DNA of 64,000 nucleotides from a virus. The stretch is from IMG/VR virus record IMGVR_UViG_3300042868_011386, positions 1 through 64,000 of that record; one strand, given 5' to 3'. Shown here in pieces: positions 56,101 through 64,000 of the stretch. The notes under the pieces are model-generated. The model did no database searches and was not told where the DNA came from. It worked only from the letters and a program-made list of their open reading frames with translations. Both the position numbers and the translations under genes were made by a program. Each line of letters begins with the position of its first letter. Position 1 is the first letter of the stretch.

Positions 56101-58885
56101 TTGCTCAGTAGATAAATCTGCTGGATTACTTAGACCACGATATAATACACATAATATTGACCTTGCAATTGATAGTGAACAAACAACAATAACAGACAGT
56201 CAATCAAAACTCGTTGATGACAACAAGATACGAGTGCATGACAGTATTATTACGTTAAACTATGAAGAGGTTGAACTTGTATCGCACCTAAAAGCAACGG
56301 CTCATATTAGTGTACACCCTCATGTCTATGCAAAAATTAATGGACATATACGTCTATCACCTGCTGCAGACAACTGGAAAGACACCGTTACTCGACCAGA
56401 TCTTATTGTAACTGATGATAGTTCATTTGATGCAATTAAGTTTATTGCAGAAGATCCAGCGCTCGATATCCTTGGCACAGACTGGAACAACTGGGAACGC
56501 GAGTGGGGCAGTTCTACAACAACCAGTACTCGTGGTGCATTTGTACGCGGACGTGGTATACCTACAACTACAACTACTGTACGAAATTACACCGAGTCTC
56601 GTACAGGTACAAACACTACTCTCGGATTCTCTTATGTACCAAAGAGTCTAGGAACAAATGTTGTCGACACTGCAATTATACCATTTATTCGCTCACGAAT
56701 TGTATATTTCCATGCCACTGGTTTAAAGGCTACTACACAAGTCTATCCATTTTTTGAAGATAAAAATATATCGGCATACACAAATCAGGTAATTGGTAAT
56801 GACAGCACCAAATTTATTGTGCCATCAACAGTAAATGATAATACCACTCGTGTATTTAATAACTTGTTGTCAACAGATTTGCCCACTCCAGGGAGTGGAT
56901 ATACTCCTTATGGTTCAGCGCTTACAACTGACTCTGGTGGAGAACTCTATGGTTCATTTATTATACCAAATAACAGTTCAATGCGTTTTCGCACTGGTGA
57001 TCGCATCTTCAAATTAACTGACGATCCACGAAACGCATCATCGGAAACAACCTATGCGTTTTCAAAATATACTGCGAGTGGCATACTTGAAACTATACAA
57101 GAAACTATACTTTCAACTAAAACACCTCAATTTACAGTAACTCCTATTGAACAATCTCGTGCTGGAAGTGTTACGACAACAAGTACTGCATATCATGATC
57201 CACTTGCACAGTCATTTGTAATTAGTACAGACGACTATCCAACTGGCGTGTTTATTACTTCAATTGATATTTATTTTGCTCAAAAAGCACTTTTCCAACC
57301 AGTTGAAATCTATATTGTGACTATGGAAAATGGTGCACCAACACGGACAGTCGTTCCATATTCGCGAGTTTTCCGTCGCCCAGACCAAGTAGCAGTTAGT
57401 GATAATGGTTCACTTCCGACAAATTTTAAATTTAGTGACCCGGTTTTCTTAAAGAGTGACGAAGAATATTCTGTAGTTGTATCTTCAAATGATGGCGATT
57501 ATCGTTGCTGGTATGCAATACTTGGAGAAAATGATATACTTTCAGGCAAACGTATAGAAAAACAAGAGTATCTTGGAACATTTTTTACAAGTGCTAATGC
57601 CTATACATGGACGCCTCAACAAGAACAGGACCTTAAATTTAAAATTAATCGTGCTCGCTTTTTTAATCCAGCAAACACTTCGTCGGCTTCAGGAAATATC
57701 GGGTTTAGAACAGAACTACATAACGGTGTAGATAATATAATAATAAACAATCCTGGAGCTGGTTATGGCTTGCCACCAACTATATCATTTATACCTGATA
57801 GAGGCACACGAGCTGAAGCAATATTAGATCCGCTTACTGGCAGTATTTCAAAAGTAATAATACGCAATCGTGGATCTGGTTATAATATTGCACCTACTGT
57901 AGTAGTTACTCCAGCAACTGGTGATCCTATTGGGTCGCCAACAACTATAGCTACTCTTATTGCTAAACTTGCTGAAGTTCCAGTGTCTATGTTTAATTTG
58001 CGTCAACCAAAACTAACATTTAATGGCACGGCAATAGATTATAGCATACAGTTTAGATCTGAGGCGCCTGAAAGATTTGAATCTGCAACAAATAACTATT
58101 TGCCAAGTAGTTATGATAACTTAAGTTCACATATATTGTCTCCTATTCAACAGGAACTTCAATTTGGACCAAGAGCGCTGATAAATGCAAATCTAATTAC
58201 AATTGATCCAGCAATATCTCCAATAATTGACGTTGATGGTTCATCACTGCTCACGGTTACAAACCTTATAAATGATGATAGTACAGATGAAGCATACACT
58301 CTCTATCAAAGTGGAACTGCAACTGCAGGAAGCGTTAATACTTTAACTGACAGCACAAAATCTTGGGTCGTCAATTCATGGGTAGGAAAAAGATTAAAAA
58401 TTACAAGTGGTACCTATATTGGAACAGAATATCAAATTACTGCTAATACCGCTACTCAAATTACATTCAATCCTAGTACCGGGGGAGCGGGGATTATTTC
58501 TACTGACACATATCAAATAATTAATCCAGCTAATGCTGGTAAGGCTATTGCTCGATATATTACGCGCAAAGTTACACTTAATAACGGCGCAGACTGGTTA
58601 AATGTTTTTATATCGACAAATCGCCCAACTGAACAAACTAATATCAAGGTCTATGTAAAACTTGGATTTGATACAGCTACAACAGACGATTTAATTGAGT
58701 GGCAGGAATTAACACCAAAAAATCCAGTTGCTATTAGCAGCGATCCTAATAAATATAGTGAAAGTGAATATAAGATTGATCCGCAAGATGATTTTATTTC
58801 TTTCCAGGTAAAAGTTGTACTTTTATCAAATAATATTTTTGATATTCCAACAGTTCGCGATTTTAGAGCAATCGCAACAATATAA
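53105..58885 (+). CDS. Large virion structural protein (VrlC/DUF4815-like)
   Basis: VLFKPG..VQ.RELNQLQ, APGADR, RRYTMRDIG, RFKNG..VDNF and DPLAQSF motifs. Confidence 0.88.
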   Translation: MSITSYNTTYHDDYISSGNSDKNYLRVLFKPGYSVQVRELNQLQSALQDQINRLGSSVWKADTAVVGGGTSFLPELHSLTVDLSTGVSNVAGSSLTYDQIAEIAKTITYVGTELRGEIIGYRKEEGTDYTFYFKYITSGAGGQTTFDGEIPNGFKLILRSSNSTLSESELPVINGLTYVNDGFASGLVCEEGVFYTKGSFVAVPRQTYFIDKAELDTPLTGYAVLKIDEEIISYFDDPSLLDNANGTPNYSAPGADRYTIDLTLNWISGEDYASSTNSYIKLLVINASRPVEIVETAEYAEIVDILAKRTSEESGNYTVNPFTIGTRETFDGDNLPADCIVVGRRYRIQDLGSTIAPLTDWVGLGATSPAVVGSEFVAIKPPGDGSGDTANVNGGRVSELAYIHGSYRADELDQIGYDLSTTIKKREAIENAREQYTVTLDPSVAYVDGYRVALDKSLNLTSKKAREQSEVRINTSANIGSYFIGNIQKANTTNSTFPSVSTINTLYNLYAYANGAPDNSTSGGVIIGTCRIRAFEPTGGGSTEFRCYVYDIVFNNPTTTPPDWANRRFDNIDQIVGSSFMFNVKASYALLESTSNTALFQLPYPRATAMREITLYAQRQFTGTTNGTIVLSVDGGRTFTDTSNVSLIVNGDIKVQGTHYNAALSSDALTLTLTPISNDWTTGQPYSVLVKIAVSNAGSIARVTKSRAIAEDLAITPASGGANKIYTLINTDIIRITEVKTTSGIIITDLFTLIDDGQRDAIYTNGRVQYTGASTISENFSIKYEYYSRLGGVTGRDLVMYNVDSYRQNNNSIGTAYDDIPSYKGLKLSDALDFRQDILYSVDGGIVGSIIANGNKSQIDPNTPVSSYTTFYLPRIDAVTVNSNNEFTIINGLSSLTPVEPTVPKNAMTLYTLNVPAYTQNVSDIVKVYIDNRRYTMRDIGAIEKRISNIEYYTSLSLLERSAADKSIFDDAGERFKNGILVDNFIGHGVGDVFDPAYSCSVDKSAGLLRPRYNTHNIDLAIDSEQTTITDSQSKLVDDNKIRVHDSIITLNYEEVELVSHLKATAHISVHPHVYAKINGHIRLSPAADNWKDTVTRPDLIVTDDSSFDAIKFIAEDPALDILGTDWNNWEREWGSSTTTSTRGAFVRGRGIPTTTTTVRNYTESRTGTNTTLGFSYVPKSLGTNVVDTAIIPFIRSRIVYFHATGLKATTQVYPFFEDKNISAYTNQVIGNDSTKFIVPSTVNDNTTRVFNNLLSTDLPTPGSGYTPYGSALTTDSGGELYGSFIIPNNSSMRFRTGDRIFKLTDDPRNASSETTYAFSKYTASGILETIQETILSTKTPQFTVTPIEQSRAGSVTTTSTAYHDPLAQSFVISTDDYPTGVFITSIDIYFAQKALFQPVEIYIVTMENGAPTRTVVPYSRVFRRPDQVAVSDNGSLPTNFKFSDPVFLKSDEEYSVVVSSNDGDYRCWYAILGENDILSGKRIEKQEYLGTFFTSANAYTWTPQQEQDLKFKINRARFFNPANTSSASGNIGFRTELHNGVDNIIINNPGAGYGLPPTISFIPDRGTRAEAILDPLTGSISKVIIRNRGSGYNIAPTVVVTPATGDPIGSPTTIATLIAKLAEVPVSMFNLRQPKLTFNGTAIDYSIQFRSEAPERFESATNNYLPSSYDNLSSHILSPIQQELQFGPRALINANLITIDPAISPIIDVDGSSLLTVTNLINDDSTDEAYTLYQSGTATAGSVNTLTDSTKSWVVNSWVGKRLKITSGTYIGTEYQITANTATQITFNPSTGGAGIISTDTYQIINPANAGKAIARYITRKVTLNNGADWLNVFISTNRPTEQTNIKVYVKLGFDTATTDDLIEWQELTPKNPVAISSDPNKYSESEYKIDPQDDFISFQVKVVLLSNNIFDIPTVRDFRAIATI

Positions 58886-58889
58886 AGTT

Positions 58890-59120
58890 ATGGCAACTCC
58901 TAAAAAAATAAAAGTAGAAGACGCCCCTTCACTGGAGCGTGATTCTTTTTCGAATGCAATTTTAAATTCTGATACTGCAGCATATAATGCAGTCATCAAT
59001 CGTAAAAAACGTATGCGCAACCAAGAACGGTTAATTGCCGAACTACATAAAAAGGTTGAAGAGTTATTACAATGGAAAAGCGAAATAACCGCAATGTTAC
59101 AAAAAAAAGAGAATAAATAA
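58890..59120 (+). CDS. Small conserved virion-region protein (start corrected)
   Basis: KVE....L.RD..S.AILN.D plus a coiled coil. Confidence 0.7.
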   Translation: MATPKKIKVEDAPSLERDSFSNAILNSDTAAYNAVINRKKRMRNQERLIAELHKKVEELLQWKSEITAMLQKKENK

Positions 59121-59125
59121 AGATA

Positions 59126-62100
59126 ATGGATTCAATTCAATTTTCAGAGTTTTCTACAAATGGTGTTATTAATAGTGACACTTTTGATATTTGGCGTAAA
59201 AAAACAAATGGTATTGTACAAGAAGTCGACAATATAAAGGACAGTATATCTCCATTGTTTTATACTACAGGCCAAAACTCTTCTGCGTTATTGCGAGCGG
59301 TTACTATAGACACTCAACAAACAATAACTGGTGCAAAAACTTTTTCTGGCGGCACTGCGGTTTCTCCAATATTAAAAATTGATGCTGCTGGTGTTTATTA
59401 TGAAGAGGGCACATTGGTTTCTACCGTTCCTTTAAAAAGTGATAAAATAATAATTGGCTCTCAACTACAACTGGGCGCGCACCAATACTCAATACCAGTA
59501 AACAACCCAACTGAATCTTCTCTCTTAAGAAAAGAAGGAAACTCTTTGGCATGGACGTCACTTAGTGGTATTATTGCTCAAATACAAAGTGAAGGAGCAG
59601 TAAACGTAAGTACCACGAATATTGTTGTTCCGGTAGGTTCAGTAATTACTGTTACGGCAGCTAGCGCAATTCCTTCAGGTTGGCTTCGCGGCAGCAGCGG
59701 CCGTTTTCGTGGAGGAGACTATCCAGAATTGGCGCAAGCAGTGCTTAACCAATATGGACCAGTTTACACTACCCAAACAGGTAATAGTTTAGCACCTAGT
59801 CAGACAACGTATAATGCGGATTGGTGGTATACTAATCACCCGAACGCAAATCAAATTATAAAGGCAACTCCCGATTCTGTAGTCAACACATTCATCGATC
59901 GTGGAAATGTATTTGAACTTATTAAAGGAGTAGAGTCTTTACAAAGTTTATCACTTACAAGTGGCGGCGCCACAACATTAAACTTAAGACATGACAATAC
60001 GCTACGCATAAATTCAGAACGCCAGTTGGGTCTCGCTCCACTCTCTATTGGCAGCAATAATATATTGCCAGACTCCATTGATCCAAGTAAACTTAGTTTG
60101 GGTGGACCAAGTTGGGACTCGGGTACAGAAGTCTTATATGAAGGTAGAGATCCTAACTCGCGTCGTCGAATAGCAACACGTGAGTATGTCGATTCAAAGA
60201 TATTTAAAACTGGTCCAGCAGCAAAACTAGTTAGCCGTCCATCAAGTGGTCCAGACACCTCTGCCCCAGGATTTGGAGAATTTTGTTATATAAATCATGA
60301 CGGTATTCCAATCATAACTGGCGAAAATAGAAACAACCGATTTGGATTTGCTAACAAATTCTCGCATTGCGAAATGCCTCTTCCTGATAATCGTCGTGCA
60401 GTTGAACTTTATGTGTCATATGATAATATGTGCGCCCTCGATAATGTTGGCGAATTATGGGCAATAGGAAACATAAGTTATAATTTATTTAATATTGTTC
60501 CATTTCCAGGAGGAACAACTGTATCACAATGGGCAAAGGCATATACACCTCTGTATGATTATAGCCCAAATAATAAAATTCGTAAAGTTATAATGTCGGG
60601 CGATGTCTCGATTCTTAATGTTGCTGTAATTGATACATCAAATCGTCTATGGATAGCTGGTTATAATCAACACGGGGTACTTGGCCGTGGAAACTCTGGA
60701 ACGACTACAACAAGTACTGCAACTAAAACGGGGGGTGAAGAGACTCCAGTGTTAGAAAATGTACTTGATGCATTCTTAGTTGGAAGTTTAGGTTCAGCTG
60801 ATTATGCAACATGTATTGCACTAACACCTTCTGGAATACACATGTCTGGCTATGGAGGTCAAGGACAAAATGGAAGTGGAAATAATACTTCTATTAACAA
60901 TACCTTTAATACAATAAATCTACCAAACATTGAAAATTATTCTGGTTGTAGTATATATGGCTCTGGGGAAAATCAATATACGTCTATATTTGTAAAAACA
61001 CCAGACAGTCTCTTATATGGTTGGGGATATAATGGAAATAATATATTTGGTGATGGGTCTGGCTCAAACAAAAATATCCCGACTGTAATTTTTAATAATC
61101 CAGATATAAACATTGATTCGTTGTACACAACTACACATATTGGCGGTGAAGGCGCTCTATATTTTTCTGGTCAAAGAAATAATGCAACTGCACAACGCGG
61201 AACAACTATAGAAAGTACAATTGCAGGACATCTATTAGGAACATCAATAAGTTCAAATGATTCTGGTAATATAATTGCTGTAGGCTCTCCGGGAGCTGGC
61301 GGACGAGTGCAATGTCATACTTATAATGGAAACTCATGGTCAACATATGGTTCTGTCATAACTACTTCAGAAACTAATGCACTTTTTGGACAATCGGTAA
61401 GTTTAAATTCTGCTGGTGATCGTCTTTGCATTGGCGCCCCAGATGGTCAACTAGTTGGCTCTTCACGGTTTGGACAAATGCGTATATATGATTATTCGGG
61501 TGCAAGTTGGGTTCAACGTAATTTGTCATTTAATGGCGAATTAGCAAATTCTAAATTGGGTTCTTCAGTTGCTCTATCTGGTGATGGCAACGTAGTAGTA
61601 GTTGGTGCTCCCGGATATAATGGTAATATTGGTCGCGTCTATATTAGACGAATAACAGCTGCTGGTACAGATCCGGTTGGTGACAATATAACTGGTACTG
61701 CAACAAATCAACAATGTGGTATAAAAGTCGCGATCAATACTTCAGGAACAATAATAGCAGTTGCATCAAATGGAGTCTCTAATGCAGGAGTTGTAAGAGT
61801 TTATAGTCTAAATAATAATAATTGGACACAACTTGGTGGAGACATTACTGGGAGAGCTGCGTCTGATGGCGCAATTAACATATCATTAGATGGTGCAGGC
61901 ACACTGCTGGCAATTGGTGCGCCAGGTTCAGACGTCGCAGGATCTAATAGCGGAACCACTAGAGTGTATAACTATAATTCTTCGACTACTTCATGGGTTC
62001 AATTAGGCACAGACATACATGGTCTGTCTGTAAATGAAGCAAGTGGAACTGCTGTAGCATTTTCTCGTGACGGGTCAGTCTTAGCAATTGGCGCACCAAA

Positions 62101-62785
62101 TGGAGATGCGTATGGTCAAACAGACAGCGGAACAGTTCGTCTACTTAGATATGATGATTTAAGATGGAAACTATTAACCGGAACTCTAGCAGGAGAAACG
62201 GCTAGTGAAAAGTTTGGCGGAGCGATTGCCCTTTCATCAACTGGATCAAACGTTTTAGCTGCAGCCCCTTCATGGAACTCTAATCGTGGTCGTGTACGCT
62301 CAATTGGCTTTGTCAGTGCCCCAATAATTTCTTATGAAATATGGTGTGCTGGTAAAAATACTGGAAATAAATTTTCGCTTACTGGCGACACTCCAACATG
62401 GAGACAAATGGGACCCCTGCCGTCTGGCTATCAAATCAAAGAATTTTGGCCTGGTAACGGGTATTATTCAAATAACGTTAACTTTGTAAAAGCATATCGT
62501 CCTGCAGATGACATGTATTATTTATTTGCTGTTGGATCGAATACCAAATATGAGTCAGGCTATGGCACCAAAACCGTTTTAAATACGTGGACACGCTTAA
62601 ACTTGCAGTCACACATAGTTGATAATATAATTGATATACAGTCGGTAAGTCCATATGGCGGTGAAGACTATACTATTTTACATATAAATGACGGCACTCT
62701 CTATTTTGCTGGTTATAACGGCTATATGATTGATCCAAATTTACCAGTTAATAATGAAAGAACAGACTTTACACGTATAAAATAA
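59126..62785 (+). CDS. Tail fibre/adhesin with collar-like, RCC1-like and FG-GAP-like propeller repeats
   Basis: DTFD.WR.KTN N-terminus; WGYN/GYN..G.LG repeats; S..G..LAIGAP and W.QLG.DI.G repeats. Confidence 0.75.
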   Translation: MDSIQFSEFSTNGVINSDTFDIWRKKTNGIVQEVDNIKDSISPLFYTTGQNSSALLRAVTIDTQQTITGAKTFSGGTAVSPILKIDAAGVYYEEGTLVSTVPLKSDKIIIGSQLQLGAHQYSIPVNNPTESSLLRKEGNSLAWTSLSGIIAQIQSEGAVNVSTTNIVVPVGSVITVTAASAIPSGWLRGSSGRFRGGDYPELAQAVLNQYGPVYTTQTGNSLAPSQTTYNADWWYTNHPNANQIIKATPDSVVNTFIDRGNVFELIKGVESLQSLSLTSGGATTLNLRHDNTLRINSERQLGLAPLSIGSNNILPDSIDPSKLSLGGPSWDSGTEVLYEGRDPNSRRRIATREYVDSKIFKTGPAAKLVSRPSSGPDTSAPGFGEFCYINHDGIPIITGENRNNRFGFANKFSHCEMPLPDNRRAVELYVSYDNMCALDNVGELWAIGNISYNLFNIVPFPGGTTVSQWAKAYTPLYDYSPNNKIRKVIMSGDVSILNVAVIDTSNRLWIAGYNQHGVLGRGNSGTTTTSTATKTGGEETPVLENVLDAFLVGSLGSADYATCIALTPSGIHMSGYGGQGQNGSGNNTSINNTFNTINLPNIENYSGCSIYGSGENQYTSIFVKTPDSLLYGWGYNGNNIFGDGSGSNKNIPTVIFNNPDINIDSLYTTTHIGGEGALYFSGQRNNATAQRGTTIESTIAGHLLGTSISSNDSGNIIAVGSPGAGGRVQCHTYNGNSWSTYGSVITTSETNALFGQSVSLNSAGDRLCIGAPDGQLVGSSRFGQMRIYDYSGASWVQRNLSFNGELANSKLGSSVALSGDGNVVVVGAPGYNGNIGRVYIRRITAAGTDPVGDNITGTATNQQCGIKVAINTSGTIIAVASNGVSNAGVVRVYSLNNNNWTQLGGDITGRAASDGAINISLDGAGTLLAIGAPGSDVAGSNSGTTRVYNYNSSTTSWVQLGTDIHGLSVNEASGTAVAFSRDGSVLAIGAPNGDAYGQTDSGTVRLLRYDDLRWKLLTGTLAGETASEKFGGAIALSSTGSNVLAAAPSWNSNRGRVRSIGFVSAPIISYEIWCAGKNTGNKFSLTGDTPTWRQMGPLPSGYQIKEFWPGNGYYSNNVNFVKAYRPADDMYYLFAVGSNTKYESGYGTKTVLNTWTRLNLQSHIVDNIIDIQSVSPYGGEDYTILHINDGTLYFAGYNGYMIDPNLPVNNERTDFTRIK

Positions 62786-62786
62786 T

Positions 62787-64000
62787 ATGTCAGAATATAA
62801 AAAAATAATTTTAAAAAATAGTCCAGTTGCTGGAGCTGTTCCGCTTGAACAATTTTTAGATCATGGCGAGCTTGCATTAAACTATGCAGACAATAAAATC
62901 TATTACAAGACTCTCAATGGAAGTATTGTAGTTCATGAAACTCCTAATATTGACACATATCAAAGTCAAAATTCAATTGTTCGTCGTAACCTAGATGGTT
63001 CTGGTAGTTTTAATGGAGTCATTAGTGAAAGTACAGATTCTGATATTTATAGCATCTATGCTAAACACGATTCTGCTGTAACTGCAAAAATTATTAACAC
63101 CAGCGTATGTACTGCAGCTGAAATTTCTTCTAACAACGGGGTTGGCGCAGAGATAAGCAGCACATCTGGTGTCGGCGCAAAAATAAGCAGTGCATCTGGG
63201 ACCGGTGCTTTGATACTTAGTACATCTGGTGTTGGCGCGCAAATAAGCAGCACATCTGGGGTTGGCGCGCAAATAGGCAGCACATCTGGTGTCGGCGCGC
63301 AAATATCCTCTACAGGTACTACAGAAGATTCAACTGGGTTGTATGTAAGTGCTGATGACGGTGTCGCTTTGCAAACTGTGAGTCAAGAAAATTTAGGTGC
63401 AGAAATAAGTAGTACAAATGATACTGGCGCAGAAATTTACACTTTAAACGGAGATTATCATTTAATACTTGGACGAGCTGATAGTGCTCAACAGCTCATA
63501 GGAATTTCACGTCCCAACGCATCGGTTGATTGGCTTAAAAATAATGATAGAATTGGTAGTTTAAGAACTACAAGTACTATTTCAGCAAATTGCAATTGGA
63601 CACTACCAGATCGTTCAGGCACAATATTATTAGATTCAAGTATACGCAGCGGAAAAACAATCTATGTTGATGCTGGTGTCGGTACAGACACTCGTAATGG
63701 ATTTACGGCATATTCATACACGCCGTTTGCAACCATAAGCGCTGCTGTAGCAGCCTCATCACCAGGTGATTTGGTTTATGTTCGCGCTGGGTCTTATGTA
63801 ATATCCGCTCAAATTAACTTAAATCTTAAAGGTCACCTATATTTTGAACCTGGAGCAACCGTTAATATCGCAACAGGTGTTGTAGCGTTTTCATATAGTC
63901 AAAATTCTGTTCCAATTAATATTAGAGGAGCTGCAGATTTCATATTAGCTGCGGGTGCAACAGGTGTATTAACAATGAGTGGTAATAGTACAACAGTTGT
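62787..64000 (+). CDS. Tail spike/fibre, truncated at the window edge, entering a probable pectate-lyase-like beta-helix
   Basis: ILK.S...G.VP....GELALNYAD.KIY N-terminus; TLPDRSGT; IYVD...PFATISAA.....GD.VYVRAG.Y. Confidence 0.75.
   Translation, partial: MSEYKKIILKNSPVAGAVPLEQFLDHGELALNYADNKIYYKTLNGSIVVHETPNIDTYQSQNSIVRRNLDGSGSFNGVISESTDSDIYSIYAKHDSAVTAKIINTSVCTAAEISSNNGVGAEISSTSGVGAKISSASGTGALILSTSGVGAQISSTSGVGAQIGSTSGVGAQISSTGTTEDSTGLYVSADDGVALQTVSQENLGAEISSTNDTGAEIYTLNGDYHLILGRADSAQQLIGISRPNASVDWLKNNDRIGSLRTTSTISANCNWTLPDRSGTILLDSSIRSGKTIYVDAGVGTDTRNGFTAYSYTPFATISAAVAASSPGDLVYVRAGSYVISAQINLNLKGHLYFEPGATVNIATGVVAFSYSQNSVPINIRGAADFILAAGATGVLTMSGNSTTV
63138..63314 (+). repeat. About six 30-bp (10-aa GVGAQISSTS) tandem repeats
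   Basis: GGGGTTGGCGCAGAGATAAGCAGCACATCT and variants. Confidence 0.85.

Noticed and set aside
47217-64000. Diversity-generating retroelement or invertase switching of fibres
   Set aside because: No reverse transcriptase, recombinase or template/variable repeat pair is visible in this window.

Overview
This is a 64 kb piece of a large, AT-rich T4-like myophage genome. It carries gp32, gp33, gp59, gp2, gp4, the baseplate genes and many TATAAATA late promoters. Several captured host-like genes and domains suggest a Verrucomicrobia/PVC-type host; this is an inference. Layout: 1-2.5 kb holds a tRNA cluster (including a tRNA(CAU) split by a 207-nt group I intron), FeoA and an outer-membrane beta-barrel. 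2.6-6.8 kb holds five late genes that share an N-terminal leader ending in LxE. 7.4-9.7 kb is a glycan-modification cassette, followed by tmRNA. 10-25 kb is an early/accessory region (UvsE, GuaC, PhoH, ligase, ThyX, lysis cassette) punctuated by five copies of a promoter cassette. 25-29 kb holds replication and late-transcription genes, and 29-64 kb tail, baseplate and fibre genes. The best candidate for a novel system is the 2.6-6.8 kb family: apparent capsid-targeted internal proteins built as polyproteins. The largest has seven mutually unrelated modules separated by acidic linkers carrying paired prohead-protease-type (hydrophobic-x-E) sites. Also notable are a hidden -1 frameshift (T TTT TTC) that joins the gp26-like gene to a start-less gp51-like ORF just upstream of the tape measure gene, and a gp5 split into three genes. 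All protein calls come from motif recognition by eye; no searches were run.
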